Source: Candidatus Latescibacterota bacterium (lineage in GTDB: Bacteria; Latescibacterota; UBA2968; GCA-2709665). Taken from it: a DNA stretch of 64,000 nucleotides. Where the stretch lies: assembly GCA_963662665.2 (NCBI GenBank), contig CAXXJS010000040.1:192001-256000 (forward strand). The letters are read 5' to 3'. A program made the translations under genes and the position numbers. The notes under the pieces are model-generated. The model ran no database searches. It had not been told where the DNA came from and was given only the letters and a program-made list of their open reading frames with translations. Below are positions 21,455 through 31,161 of this stretch, piece by piece (the first letter of the stretch is position 1; each line of letters starts with the position of its first letter).

Positions 21455-23857
21455 CTATTCCAGGACGGCGATTTCCCCTGGCGGGATCCGCGTTTCCGTG
21501 CCATTGTGCGTCACGAGTGCCGATGCGGCGCCCGTGTTCCGCGCCCAAACGCCGCCGGTCCCGGCGGCGTTGACTTCCAGCGCACCGTCCGTCTGGATGT
21601 TCAGAATCGCTTCCTGCAAACGGGCTTCGCCTGACGTGAGGTTTCGCGCATAGGCGACGCTGTCTCCATCTACACGGGTAACGCCATCGAAGATGGGAAT
21701 ATTCGGGAGGTCCGAGCGATTCGCCGTGAAGGTTAACCCGCCGGCCTTTTCTCCGAAGTTCGCCACGGCAAGGTGATTGTCCGCGAGCAGGCCGACGGCG
21801 GACGGTATTGTCTGAAGGGCGACAAAGTCGATACCGGCCGTTGTTCGATGGGTACGGTCCGGGGCGATGAGCGCCGTGAGTTCGGAAATGGTCTTCCCGG
21901 CGGTTACCTGGAACGGTTGATCGACCCGGCTGAGGGTGAGGTCGTCCGCCACGGCGCGCCAGACCTGGTAGAAGTGCCGGTTGTGGTAGACTGTGTTCCC
22001 TGTACCCGTGTAGACGATGCCCATGCGGTTGTCGACGTTGAGCCACGCCGGATGATCGTAGGTCTTGACAACGTCGCTGTCCGGATCCCTGGTGACGTAA
22101 CTCTTGAAGCGATCCGAACCGCCAGGCGTGTGGACGGTACGGTAACCGTTGCAGTTTCCCTTCAAGGCTTTGAAGTCTTCATTGACGATGCGCAGGAAGC
22201 CCTGGTCTACACTCTGAACGGTTATCGTCTCTTGGGCCGTGAGCCGTTCGCAAGAGAGGGAGATCCCGGAGGGAAGGCCGGCAAAGAGCACTTCCTGCCG
22301 AACCGAACGCTGTGCGCGGTCCAGGATCATGGCGGCTGCGAAGCCGTCCTGCTGTTCGTCCAGGCGAACCGAGACCAGGTCGTGGCTGTCGGGCTTGCCC
22401 TGAACGTCAATGCGGGCCATAAACGAATTTGACGCCGGCGCGACCGTATAGAGGCCGTCTTTATTCAACGGCAGCGCCATGATGTCGTTGCGCCAGGAAA
22501 GTGAAGACTGACCGGTCCGGTGCCGATGGAAGACAAAGCCGGAATGGGGATAGACCTTGACACCTTTCAGTCTGCGTTCGACCGCCGCCGCGGACTCCGG
22601 TTCGGGCCCGTCGCCGAAAATCCTGTGGAGAAAATAGGTGTGGGCGGGACTGACGATATTGTGTTCCCGGATGATCAGCGGATCCTGAGGTCCGTGCACA
22701 ATTTCCGCGATCTGCCGTTCATGCATGCGCCCGCCCGCGCTTTCGGCGCGCTGTTCCAGGGTTTCGAGTGCCCGGCTCTCAAAAAAGGCCCCATCCGGAT
22801 CGTCCAGAAGCAGTGCGGCCGTCGCATGCGTCAGCGTTCCGGAATCGGGCGGGATATACGGCCAGTCCATACCCTGCACGGGATGCATCGAGCCGGTCCG
22901 GTCCGTCGTACGTTTGAGCTGATCGTAAATCTCCATCCGGTTGAAGAGCGCATGTTCCGGAATCCCCACGCCGAACGTTCCGTAGATGATACCGAGCCGC
23001 CCGGTGAACATGACCGAACTGCCGGTGTAGCTGGGATGTACCATACCGTGGTTCTCGGCCATGTAGTCCGGCAGTGCGACGAACGTCTGGCCGGTCAGTT
23101 CCCTGACCGTCTGTCCGTCTGAGAAGCGTGCGTGATTCTTCGTGTCCTGCTGGGTCGTGGTGGTCGAAAACATCCACCGGCGGGCCGTTTCGGCCCAGGA
23201 TTTGACGTTGGGCGAGTTGCTCAGGAAACATTCAACCGAGGCCAGGCCGCACGACGTCCAGCCGTTCTCTTCCATCTGTGTATTGGTGTAGACGCCGCTT
23301 TTCGGCGCCATGGCGCCGAACCGCTCGGCATAGTCTTCGTGCATGCGCGCGATCATACTCCACGTCTCGTCGTCAACCAGGTTGCCCAGCATCAGGGCGG
23401 TCAGGGCGACGTCGGAAAGATTCGTTCCGCACTGGCTCTCGGGGAAAAACCCCCTGCCGCGCTCGCCCCACTTCGTTCCCCATGTTCGGGGATTGCCAAG
23501 GCTTTTTTCAGGTCGGATACACTCGGTCGGACCCGTGTCGTGGGTAAAGCAGAGGTAGCGGATCCCCTTCAGCGCGAGTTCCCTCAGTTCTTCTTTCGAG
23601 CATCCTGTTCTTTTCGAATCGTATTCGGGCGAGTTCGCCAGCGCGGCAAACACGAAAGCCGGCCCGGCAGTGTCGCTGCCGTACCAGTGGGCCCCGCCGA
23701 AAAAATGCCCGCAGTTGGGACGCTCCGGCCAGTCCTCGAAATAGCTCAGGCCTACCGGCACCCAGTTCTCCAGAATGCGTTTATAACGCCTGCTCAGCGG
23801 GGTTTCCCTGTCCGGCACGGACGTCCGGCGACGGTTGGTCAGAATATCGGGGCGCAT
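21455..23857 (-). CDS. Hypothetical 800-aa protein, possibly polysaccharide-lyase-like
   Basis: Long ORF with AAGGAG RBS; helical N-half with NTQMEENGW and ENHGMVHPSY; beta-rich C-half; function inferred only. Confidence 0.6.
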   Translation of the reverse strand: MRPDILTNRRRTSVPDRETPLSRRYKRILENWVPVGLSYFEDWPERPNCGHFFGGAHWYGSDTAGPAFVFAALANSPEYDSKRTGCSKEELRELALKGIRYLCFTHDTGPTECIRPEKSLGNPRTWGTKWGERGRGFFPESQCGTNLSDVALTALMLGNLVDDETWSMIARMHEDYAERFGAMAPKSGVYTNTQMEENGWTSCGLASVECFLSNSPNVKSWAETARRWMFSTTTTQQDTKNHARFSDGQTVRELTGQTFVALPDYMAENHGMVHPSYTGSSVMFTGRLGIIYGTFGVGIPEHALFNRMEIYDQLKRTTDRTGSMHPVQGMDWPYIPPDSGTLTHATAALLLDDPDGAFFESRALETLEQRAESAGGRMHERQIAEIVHGPQDPLIIREHNIVSPAHTYFLHRIFGDGPEPESAAAVERRLKGVKVYPHSGFVFHRHRTGQSSLSWRNDIMALPLNKDGLYTVAPASNSFMARIDVQGKPDSHDLVSVRLDEQQDGFAAAMILDRAQRSVRQEVLFAGLPSGISLSCERLTAQETITVQSVDQGFLRIVNEDFKALKGNCNGYRTVHTPGGSDRFKSYVTRDPDSDVVKTYDHPAWLNVDNRMGIVYTGTGNTVYHNRHFYQVWRAVADDLTLSRVDQPFQVTAGKTISELTALIAPDRTHRTTAGIDFVALQTIPSAVGLLADNHLAVANFGEKAGGLTFTANRSDLPNIPIFDGVTRVDGDSVAYARNLTSGEARLQEAILNIQTDGALEVNAAGTGGVWARNTGAASALVTHNGTETRIPPGEIAVLE

Positions 23858-23972
23858 GATGTCTCCTTTTTTGATTTAGTCGCTGATCGAAGGCTTCAGA
23901 ACGATAAATTAGCTGCATTGTACATCAGATCAGCAGAGTCATTCCCACCGCTCGACTATCGCTTTCACCGGC

Positions 23973-24788
23973 TCAAGCAGCGGTGAACCGGTAAGCACTT
24001 TCCGAAAATCTGTCCCTGTGCTTGGGATCAAGAAGGATCCTACTGTCCATACCCTCCAGAAGTGCGTACCTCTCGACTAGGCACTTAAATGCTCCGTGGT
24101 CTAGACAACTGTAGAAGAGAAGTCCCAGTTCATCACTTGACAACTGACCACGAATAAGATTGGTATAGCGATGTCTCTCCTCGAGATCTCGCAAGAAAGG
24201 ATGTTGGTCGACGAACTCAACCGTATTGTAGAGATGGCGAAAGTAGTGATCGACGTTGCGATAGTGCCTGTTGGCAAATTCGCGCCAGATCTCCTCGAAT
24301 TCTCTGTCGGATTCGTCGTTGGTAAATAAGTTCGACAAGTTGGCGTTCAATTGCGCAAAGCTGCCGCGGCCAGTTGAGTCTATGAATGACAATGAACCGA
24401 CAATTTCATTGTGAAAACGTAAGAGTTGGAAAAAAGAATCCTCAAAATTCTGTTTTTTTAACGTTTGATCTTGAGCCTCAAGTTGCTCCTTTTGCCCCTT
24501 GATTTCCTTTCGGGTCCGCTCTAACTCGTCGCGCTGTAGCTTAAGTTCCTCTCTTTGGAGACTTAGTTCATTTTTCTGTAGGATTATCGCCCAAATTACG
24601 CCCGCAAACGCAAGACCAGCGAATAGCGCATTGATTGCTCCGAACATGTCCCCGAATTGACCTCGATGTTCTAATTCAGACATGAACAGTGTGGTTACGC
24701 ACCAATAGGCGAACCATAGCAAAATCACGGCCGCAAAAATAAACCATGGGAACAAACGAGTTTTTTTAAGCCCGGGGTCTGAATTCAA
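23973..24788 (-). CDS. Putative phage abortive infection protein (putAbiC-like) with N-terminal membrane helices
   Basis: GQFGDMFGAINALFAGLAF, Q-NFEDSFFQLL, HYFRHLYN and YTNLIRGQLSSDELGLLFY; likely TTG start 24788 after GGAGAAGAGG (alternative 24857). Confidence 0.8.
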   Translation of the reverse strand: MNSDPGLKKTRLFPWFIFAAVILLWFAYWCVTTLFMSELEHRGQFGDMFGAINALFAGLAFAGVIWAIILQKNELSLQREELKLQRDELERTRKEIKGQKEQLEAQDQTLKKQNFEDSFFQLLRFHNEIVGSLSFIDSTGRGSFAQLNANLSNLFTNDESDREFEEIWREFANRHYRNVDHYFRHLYNTVEFVDQHPFLRDLEERHRYTNLIRGQLSSDELGLLFYSCLDHGAFKCLVERYALLEGMDSRILLDPKHRDRFSESAYRFTAA

Positions 24789-25500
24789 GACCTCTTCTCC
24801 ACAAGAATCAACAACCGTTGGGACGTGCAAACGAACGAAATTTGAGAAATGCCTCACCGCGACGATAGATGAGTCGAAGCTTTTTGCATCAATCGGTCTG
24901 CTCTTCGCCCATCATCATCCTATAGTGTTCCCCATTGCCTGTGTGACAGAATATATCCTTGAAGACCTTTAGATACGAGTCGGCCATGGCCTGGTCAGGC
25001 GAGTAGTGAGGATCATCAAAAGCCGAATGAGAGCCTTCATTGATCCAAGAAAATAACGATCTGCAAATCAGTTTTCTTTCTCCGTCGAATTTGGCACTGA
25101 TTTTTTCGAAATCTACACTTCCGGTTATTTTGAAGTAGTGTTCAAGAATTCTCCTAAGAGTATTCGGCAGTGAAAGTCCGGTTTGGTCAGGCCTCGTTAC
25201 TTCCCGCCAAAGCAATTCATAGGTGCTGGTTATGGGATTCGTACTGTGAGATTCAATTCGGGATGACATACCCGACTTTCTCACAGTCCAAAATGTCTCG
25301 TCTTTCCGCTTGTGTTGCTTACTTTTGCTATCGAATGAGACTTCTTTATGGAAATAGGCATTGTGAGTTAAGACTAAGACTTGCTTGATATTCCCGCCGT
25401 TCTTTTGCCGCACATCCGCAAAAAGCGCCCTAATTAGACTACTGACAACAAATAACACGTCGGAACGTGTCAATAGAAATGAGACAACGCCCGTTGGAAT

Positions 25501-26514
25501 TTAGTGAAGTAACGGATGGCGTTCGATGGTATTCGCGGGTTGGTTAATCCACACTTCGTCCGGAACGCGTGGTGGACGAGGATGCCCCTTAACAAATCGT
25601 TCAGGGTGGTTGTGATAAGCTTTGTCCAGCACCGTTTGCCTGGCGGCTTGAACCTGCTGTGTCAGCCCATAGTGGACGGTGTCGGGGGTGAGCAATCCCA
25701 GGCCGCTGTGACGGTGCTGGGTGTTGTACCAGGGAAAGAAGGCCTGTAAATAGGTACGCGCTTCCGGCCGGTCGGTGAAGCGCTCGGGGTATGCTGGGGT
25801 GTATTTGAGCGTCTTGAATTGGCTTTCGGAATACGGGTTGTCATCGGAAACGCGGGGTCGAGAGTAGCTGGCCAGGATGTCGAGATCCATCATCAACTGC
25901 GAAAACGTCTTGGCCGCCATGGGTGCGCCACGGTCCTGGTGCAGCGTCAGTTGTCCGGGTTGAATGCCCTGCTTCTGGCACGCGCTGGCAATCAGGCGCT
26001 TTGCGTTTGTGGCGCTCTCCCTTGTGGCGACCATCCAGGCCACGACATAGCGGGAGAACAGATCCAGTACCACGTAGAGGGGATAGGTCACCCACTTGCG
26101 GGGTCCTGGCAGACGCGTGATATCCCACGTCCAGACCTGGTTGGGCGCACTGGCCATCAACCGGGGGGGTTCGAGACGTGGATGACGCCGCTGGTGTCGC
26201 CGCTGGCGCACCTCCCCTGCGTCGTGCAGTACCCGATACATCGTGCGGATCGAGCAGACATACCGTCCTTCCTCCAGCAACGTGGCGTAGACTGCCGCTG
26301 GGGCCCGGTCTGCGAAGCGATCCTCGTGCAGGATGTCCAGCACGGCAGCGCGCTCGGTTTGGGAAAGCGCACGTGGCGACGAGGGGCGCGCGCTACGAGG
26401 ACCCGATCGCGATGGTTTACGCGCACGGTAGACCGAAGCACGCGCCACACCCAACGCCCGACACGCCCCCGCCAACCCGACCTTTGGGGCCAGTTGTTCT
26501 GCCGCACGCATCAT
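25501..26514 (-). CDS. IS3-family transposase OrfB (DDE/rve)
   Basis: WTWDIT, LHQDRG and DNPYSESQFKTLK. Confidence 0.93.
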   Translation of the reverse strand: MMRAAEQLAPKVGLAGACRALGVARASVYRARKPSRSGPRSARPSSPRALSQTERAAVLDILHEDRFADRAPAAVYATLLEEGRYVCSIRTMYRVLHDAGEVRQRRHQRRHPRLEPPRLMASAPNQVWTWDITRLPGPRKWVTYPLYVVLDLFSRYVVAWMVATRESATNAKRLIASACQKQGIQPGQLTLHQDRGAPMAAKTFSQLMMDLDILASYSRPRVSDDNPYSESQFKTLKYTPAYPERFTDRPEARTYLQAFFPWYNTQHRHSGLGLLTPDTVHYGLTQQVQAARQTVLDKAYHNHPERFVKGHPRPPRVPDEVWINQPANTIERHPLLH

Positions 26515-26978
26515 ACGTCGTCGTCGCTTGGCGGACGGTTCAGGGGGATGCCCAGGATCTCGGAGGCTTTTTTTTGGATCTCGAGGATCGTGTTCGCCTG
26601 CTCCAGCCGTCGACGCAAACGGGCGTTTTCCTTGCGCAGTTGCTCGTTCTCGACGGCGACCTCGTCGCGGCGATGTCCCTTGGGTCCCCGCGATTTGGAT
26701 AGTGCCTTGAGCGACCCCTCACGACGCGCCCGACGCCACTGGGTCAACTGCGAGGAATACAACCCTTCGCGGCGCAGCAGCGCGCCAACTTCACCAGGGG
26801 CCCGGCAAGCCTCCGCCTCTTCCAGAATGCGAAGCTTGTACCGCGAGGTGAACCGGCGACGCTTCGCACGCGCCGGCACCTCCGGATCCGGCCTCGTGGT
26901 TGTGGAGGTCCCGCGCGGGACCTCCACAACCAGAGACCCCTTGCTACCGTTGTCTCCAACATCGACTCTTGACCTCAT
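26511..26978 (-). CDS. IS3-family OrfA (HTH plus coiled coil)
   Basis: RRRFTSRYKLRIL...LLRREGLYSSQLTQWRR; A8G slippery run near the 3' end; ATGA overlap with orfB; start uncertain (26978 or 27011). Confidence 0.88.
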   Translation of the reverse strand: MRSRVDVGDNGSKGSLVVEVPRGTSTTTRPDPEVPARAKRRRFTSRYKLRILEEAEACRAPGEVGALLRREGLYSSQLTQWRRARREGSLKALSKSRGPKGHRRDEVAVENEQLRKENARLRRRLEQANTILEIQKKASEILGIPLNRPPSDDDV

Positions 26979-27203
26979 CTCGTGTTCTCCTCTCCGCCCT
27001 ATATACGACATTAATCTCGGAGGGGGAGTTGTCTCACTCTATATTGGCACGTCGGGACGTTGCTATCAAGACTGGAGACAGGATCATCAATCACAACGAC
27101 ACGATCGGACGTCACACCACTCTCCGAAGGGCTGCCTTTGACTAAGTGGTAAAAATAAAGGAACGGAACGTGTCAATAGAAATGAGACAACGCCCGTTGG
27201 AAT

Positions 27204-28217
27204 TTAGTGAAGTAACTGATGGCATTCGATGGTATTCGCGGGTTGGTTTATCCACACTTCGTCCGGAACGCTTGGCGGACGAGGATGCCCCTTAACAAAT
27301 CGTTCAGGGTGTTTATGATAAGCCTGGTCCAGCACCGTTTGTCTGACGGCCTGAATCTGCTGTGTCAGCCCATAGTGGACGGTGTCGGGGGTGTGCAATC
27401 CCAGGCCGCTGTGACGGTGTTTTGTGTTGTACCAGTGAAAGAAGGCCTGCAAATAGGTGCGCGCTTCTTGCGGATCGGTGAAGCGCTCGGGGTATGATGG
27501 GGTGTATTTGAGCGTCTTGAACTGGCTTTCAGAATACGGGTTGTCATCGGAAACGCGGGGTCGAGAGTAGCTGGCCAGGATGTCGAGATCCATCAGCAAC
27601 TGCGAAAACGTCTTGGCCGTCATCGGTGCGCCACGGTCCTGGTGCAGCGTCAGCTGTCCGGGTTGAATGCCCTGCTTCTGGCACGCGTTGGCAATAAGCC
27701 GCTTTGCGTTTGTGGCGCTCTCCCTTGCGGCGACCATCCAGGCCACGACATAGCGGGAGAACAGATCCAGTACGACGTAGAGGGGAAAGGTCACCCACTT
27801 GCGGGGTCCTGGCAGCCTGGTGATATCCCACGTCCAGACCTGGTTGGGCGCACTGGCCATCAACCGGGGTGGTTCGAGACGTGGATGACGCCGCTGGTGT
27901 CGCCGCTGGCGCACCTCCCCTGCGTCGTGCAGTACCCGATACATCGTGCGGATCGAGCAGACATACCGTCCTTCCTCCAGCAACGTGGCGTAGACTGCCG
28001 CTGGGGCCCGGTCTGCGAAGCGATCCTCGTGCAGGATGTCCAGCACGGCAGCGCGCTCGGTTTGGGAAAGCGCACGTGGCGACGAGGGGCGCGCGCTACG
28101 AGGACCCGATCGCGATGGTTTACGCGCACGGTAGACCGAAGCACGCGCCACACCCAACGCCCGACACGCCCCCGCCAACCCGACCTTTGGGGCCAGTTGT
28201 TCTGCCGCACGCATCAT
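27204..28217 (-). CDS. IS3-family transposase OrfB (DDE/rve)
   Basis: Same motifs as copy 1. Confidence 0.93.
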   Translation of the reverse strand: MMRAAEQLAPKVGLAGACRALGVARASVYRARKPSRSGPRSARPSSPRALSQTERAAVLDILHEDRFADRAPAAVYATLLEEGRYVCSIRTMYRVLHDAGEVRQRRHQRRHPRLEPPRLMASAPNQVWTWDITRLPGPRKWVTFPLYVVLDLFSRYVVAWMVAARESATNAKRLIANACQKQGIQPGQLTLHQDRGAPMTAKTFSQLLMDLDILASYSRPRVSDDNPYSESQFKTLKYTPSYPERFTDPQEARTYLQAFFHWYNTKHRHSGLGLHTPDTVHYGLTQQIQAVRQTVLDQAYHKHPERFVKGHPRPPSVPDEVWINQPANTIECHQLLH

Positions 28218-28681
28218 ACGTCGTCGTCGCTTGGCGGACGGTTCAGGGGGATGCCCAGGATCTCGGAGGCTTTTTTTTGGATCTCGAGGATCGTGTTCGC
28301 CTGCTCCAGCCGTCGACGCAAACGGGCGTTTTCCTTGCGCAGTTGCTCGTTCTCGACGGCGACCTCGTCGCGGCGACGTCCCTTGGGTCCCCGCGATTTG
28401 GATAGTGCCTTGAGCGACCCCTCACGACGCGCCCGACGCCACTGGGTCAACTGCGAGGAATACAACCCTTCGCGACGCAGCAGCGCGCCAACTTCACCAG
28501 GAGCCCGGCAAGCCTCCGCCTCTTCCAGGATGCGAAGCTTATACCGCGCGGTGAACCGGCGACGCTTCGCACGCGCAGGCACCTCCGGATCCGGCCTCGT
28601 GGTTGTGGAGGTCCCGCGCGGGACCTCCACAACCAGAGACCCCTTGCTGCCGTTGTCTCCAACATCGACTCTTGACCTCAT
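28214..28681 (-). CDS. IS3-family OrfA
   Basis: Two amino-acid differences from copy 1; start uncertain (28681 or 28714). Confidence 0.88.
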   Translation of the reverse strand: MRSRVDVGDNGSKGSLVVEVPRGTSTTTRPDPEVPARAKRRRFTARYKLRILEEAEACRAPGEVGALLRREGLYSSQLTQWRRARREGSLKALSKSRGPKGRRRDEVAVENEQLRKENARLRRRLEQANTILEIQKKASEILGIPLNRPPSDDDV

Positions 28682-29463
28682 CTCGTGCTCTCCTCTCCGC
28701 CCAATGTACGACATTAAACTCGGAGGGGGAGTTGTCTCACTCTATATTGGCACGTAGGGGAACGCAATAAAGCTCCTCTCGCCCTCGCTGAGTGTTTCTT
28801 TTGCGTCAGACCCGTCCGGTCGTTTGATCTCGTAGAATCGATCCCTTTTGGATCTCGCCAAAACAAAACCTTCAAATCCAAATGACTTTAGGAGGGTGTT
28901 GATTGCGCCAATTGTAGGTTGAATGGTTGTCGTATGTCTCTCAAGGGCTATGATTTCTTTTTCCTTCTTCAGTTTTTCGTCCGTTTTCTTAGCAATATTT
29001 GTGTTTAAATTCCCAATCGCTTTTTCGAGGTCTCTTTTCCTTTTCATATAGGAGTTAAGTTGAACCGTTATCTGGCAATCTAGCAGGTATCGCCACACCT
29101 GATTCGTTAGATTAGATCGCTCTGCGAGGGCGTTCTGCACCAACATGTTTTGTTCCTTGATTTTTGTATTCGCCGCCACTACACACTTGTTGATATTAGC
29201 AAAAACACCACTTAGCGACTCAAGCTCCATAGAATTGCTCGGCTCCCGCCTTTTCTCTTCTATACGTTGGATATTCATTTGCAATTTGGCATCGCAGACA
29301 TCGCTTAGATTCTGCATCCTAACTACGTCCAGGCATTCAGGCGGACGGTCGAGTATTGATTCTAATTCCTGCCGAAGACGCCGTGAGTCGGTTTTGTAGG
29401 CGGCTAGAAGGCTGTCAATTGCAGTAGAATCCGCCTCAAACGCTTCGTCGAAATATTCGTTAA

Positions 29464-31161
29464 TCTGAATAATTCACAAAAAAGGTAGTTTCCTTATCCA
29501 AGTCATTGTATTATATTATGGTTACGCGAATAACCTGATAACAATGAACCGGGAGGAAACTACCGTGGCAGGTCAAGATAAACAACAAAGGATGTCTTTC
29601 GCAAGTGTTTCTGGCAAACGGGTAGAAGCCACCTTCGACGGGGGCATGCTGACCAGCGACACCGGGGCGATGCTGCTTCGAGAGGTGGAGTCCAAAATCG
29701 GCATTTTGTGTCGGATCGTTGCGGCGATAACAGATCGTCGGCATCCAAGTTACGTGGATCACCCGTCGGTGGACCTGCTGACTCAGCGTGTCTTTCAGAT
29801 GGCGTGTGGGTATGAGGATGCGAACGACTGCAATACGTTGCGTAGCGACCCCGGCTTCAAGGCGGCCTGCGATCGGTTGCCGGTCACCGGTGCCAACCTG
29901 GCCAGTCAACCCACGATGAGTCGGTTCGAGAACCGGATCACCAGAGGTGACTTATATCGTATCGCGACGGCCTTTGCCGATGCGTTTATCGCCTCGTATA
30001 AGCACCCTCCCGAGGCCATTCTGTTGGATATCGATGACACGGAAGACAAGGTGTATGGAACCCAACAGTTGTCGTTATTCAATGCGTATTTCAAGGGCTA
30101 TTGCTACCAACCCCTGCATATCTATGAAGGGCAAACCGGCAAGTTGATCACGACGGTCTTGCGTCCGGGCCGCCGACCCACGGGCAAAGAGATCGTGTCG
30201 ATTCTAAAACGGGTGATCGCCTACCTGCGTCACGCATGGCCCGATGTCAAGATCCTGTTGCGTGGCGATTCACACTTTTCGTGTCCGGAAGTGCATACGA
30301 TGTGTGACGAAAACGATGTGTTTTTTATCCTCGGACAAGGCGGAAACGCGGTGCTGCTGCGGTTGGCACAGCCCTTGATGGACCAGGCCAAAGCGCTGTA
30401 TGCAGATGGGGGAAAACCTGTTCGCCTGTATCGCTGTTGGGACTATCAGGCCGGCAGCTGGTCTTCCCCACGCCGCATCATCTGCAAGGCAGAAGTCACC
30501 CCGCAAGGTCACAATATCCGATTCGTGGTCACCAACCTGAACGGCGCACAACCGTCATTCATCTACAAAACCGCTTATTGCTCACGCGGCAGGATGGAAA
30601 ACTTCATCAAGAATCACAAGACCTTTCTGCATTCCGATCGCACCTCTTGCCACACCTTCCACGCCAATCACTTCCGGCTCTTTCTCCACAGCGCCGCCTA
30701 TGTGTTGGTGCACGCCCTGGCCCATATCGGGTTGCGCGGCACCACGTGGACGAACGCCCAGTTTAATACGCTGCAAAACCGCATCTTGAAAGTCGCCGGG
30801 CGCGTTTGTGAACTGAAAACCAAAATCACGTTCCATCTGCCAACGGCGTTTCCACTCAAACACCTCTATCGAACTATGCTCTGCAATCTGGGAACCGCCA
30901 TGCCATAACGTTTCCATCTGGACCAGGCCGCCTTCACGTCTTGATTGCTACCACCAAAAGCCATGGAGACGTCTGTGCTCTTGGCAGTCACAACAAGGTC
31001 ATCCTGACGCCTCCACGCGACCCTGCTACAAAAATACACCCTGAAATCGCTTGAAAGCGCCAGTTCCGCACAGCCAGCTTTCTCCTGCGTTCTTAGACTC
31101 ACTCGAAAGCTGCTTCTGCTGCACGAATCTGCAATCCCTGACGATTCATGAATAGGTCAGG
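29464..31161 (+). mobile_element. IS1380-family insertion sequence (1698 bp)
   Basis: Imperfect IRs TCTGAATAATTCAC / CCTGACCTATTCAT; TTAA duplication at 29460-63 and 31162-65. Confidence 0.88.
29565..30908 (+). CDS. IS1380-family transposase
   Basis: FDGGMLTSDTG, GYEDAND, LASQPTMSRFEN, LDIDDT, LRGDSHF and Y-x2-RG-x-MENFIK; GGAGG before GTG 29565 (alternative ATG 29544). Confidence 0.93.
   Translation: MAGQDKQQRMSFASVSGKRVEATFDGGMLTSDTGAMLLREVESKIGILCRIVAAITDRRHPSYVDHPSVDLLTQRVFQMACGYEDANDCNTLRSDPGFKAACDRLPVTGANLASQPTMSRFENRITRGDLYRIATAFADAFIASYKHPPEAILLDIDDTEDKVYGTQQLSLFNAYFKGYCYQPLHIYEGQTGKLITTVLRPGRRPTGKEIVSILKRVIAYLRHAWPDVKILLRGDSHFSCPEVHTMCDENDVFFILGQGGNAVLLRLAQPLMDQAKALYADGGKPVRLYRCWDYQAGSWSSPRRIICKAEVTPQGHNIRFVVTNLNGAQPSFIYKTAYCSRGRMENFIKNHKTFLHSDRTSCHTFHANHFRLFLHSAAYVLVHALAHIGLRGTTWTNAQFNTLQNRILKVAGRVCELKTKITFHLPTAFPLKHLYRTMLCNLGTAMP

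Larger units (their letters stand above)
25461..27056 (-). mobile_element. IS3-family insertion sequence, copy 1 (1596 bp)
   Basis: Imperfect IRs with core TGTCAATAGAAATGAGACAAC / TGCCAATATAGAGTGAGACAAC; ACGT duplication at 25457-60 and 27057-60; orfA plus orfB. Confidence 0.92.
27164..28759 (-). mobile_element. IS3-family insertion sequence, copy 2 (1596 bp)
   Basis: Same IRs and length as copy 1; GAA duplication at 27161-63 and 28760-62. Confidence 0.92.

Noticed and set aside
24889-25473. Independent expression of the HEPN fragment from a TTG in the IS end
   Set aside because: In frame, and TTGACA faces outward, but there is no RBS and no convincing -10 at the right spacing
25461-28759. 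Composite transposon carrying cargo
   Set aside because: Each copy has its own target duplication and the intervening DNA is the collinear piece of the host gene
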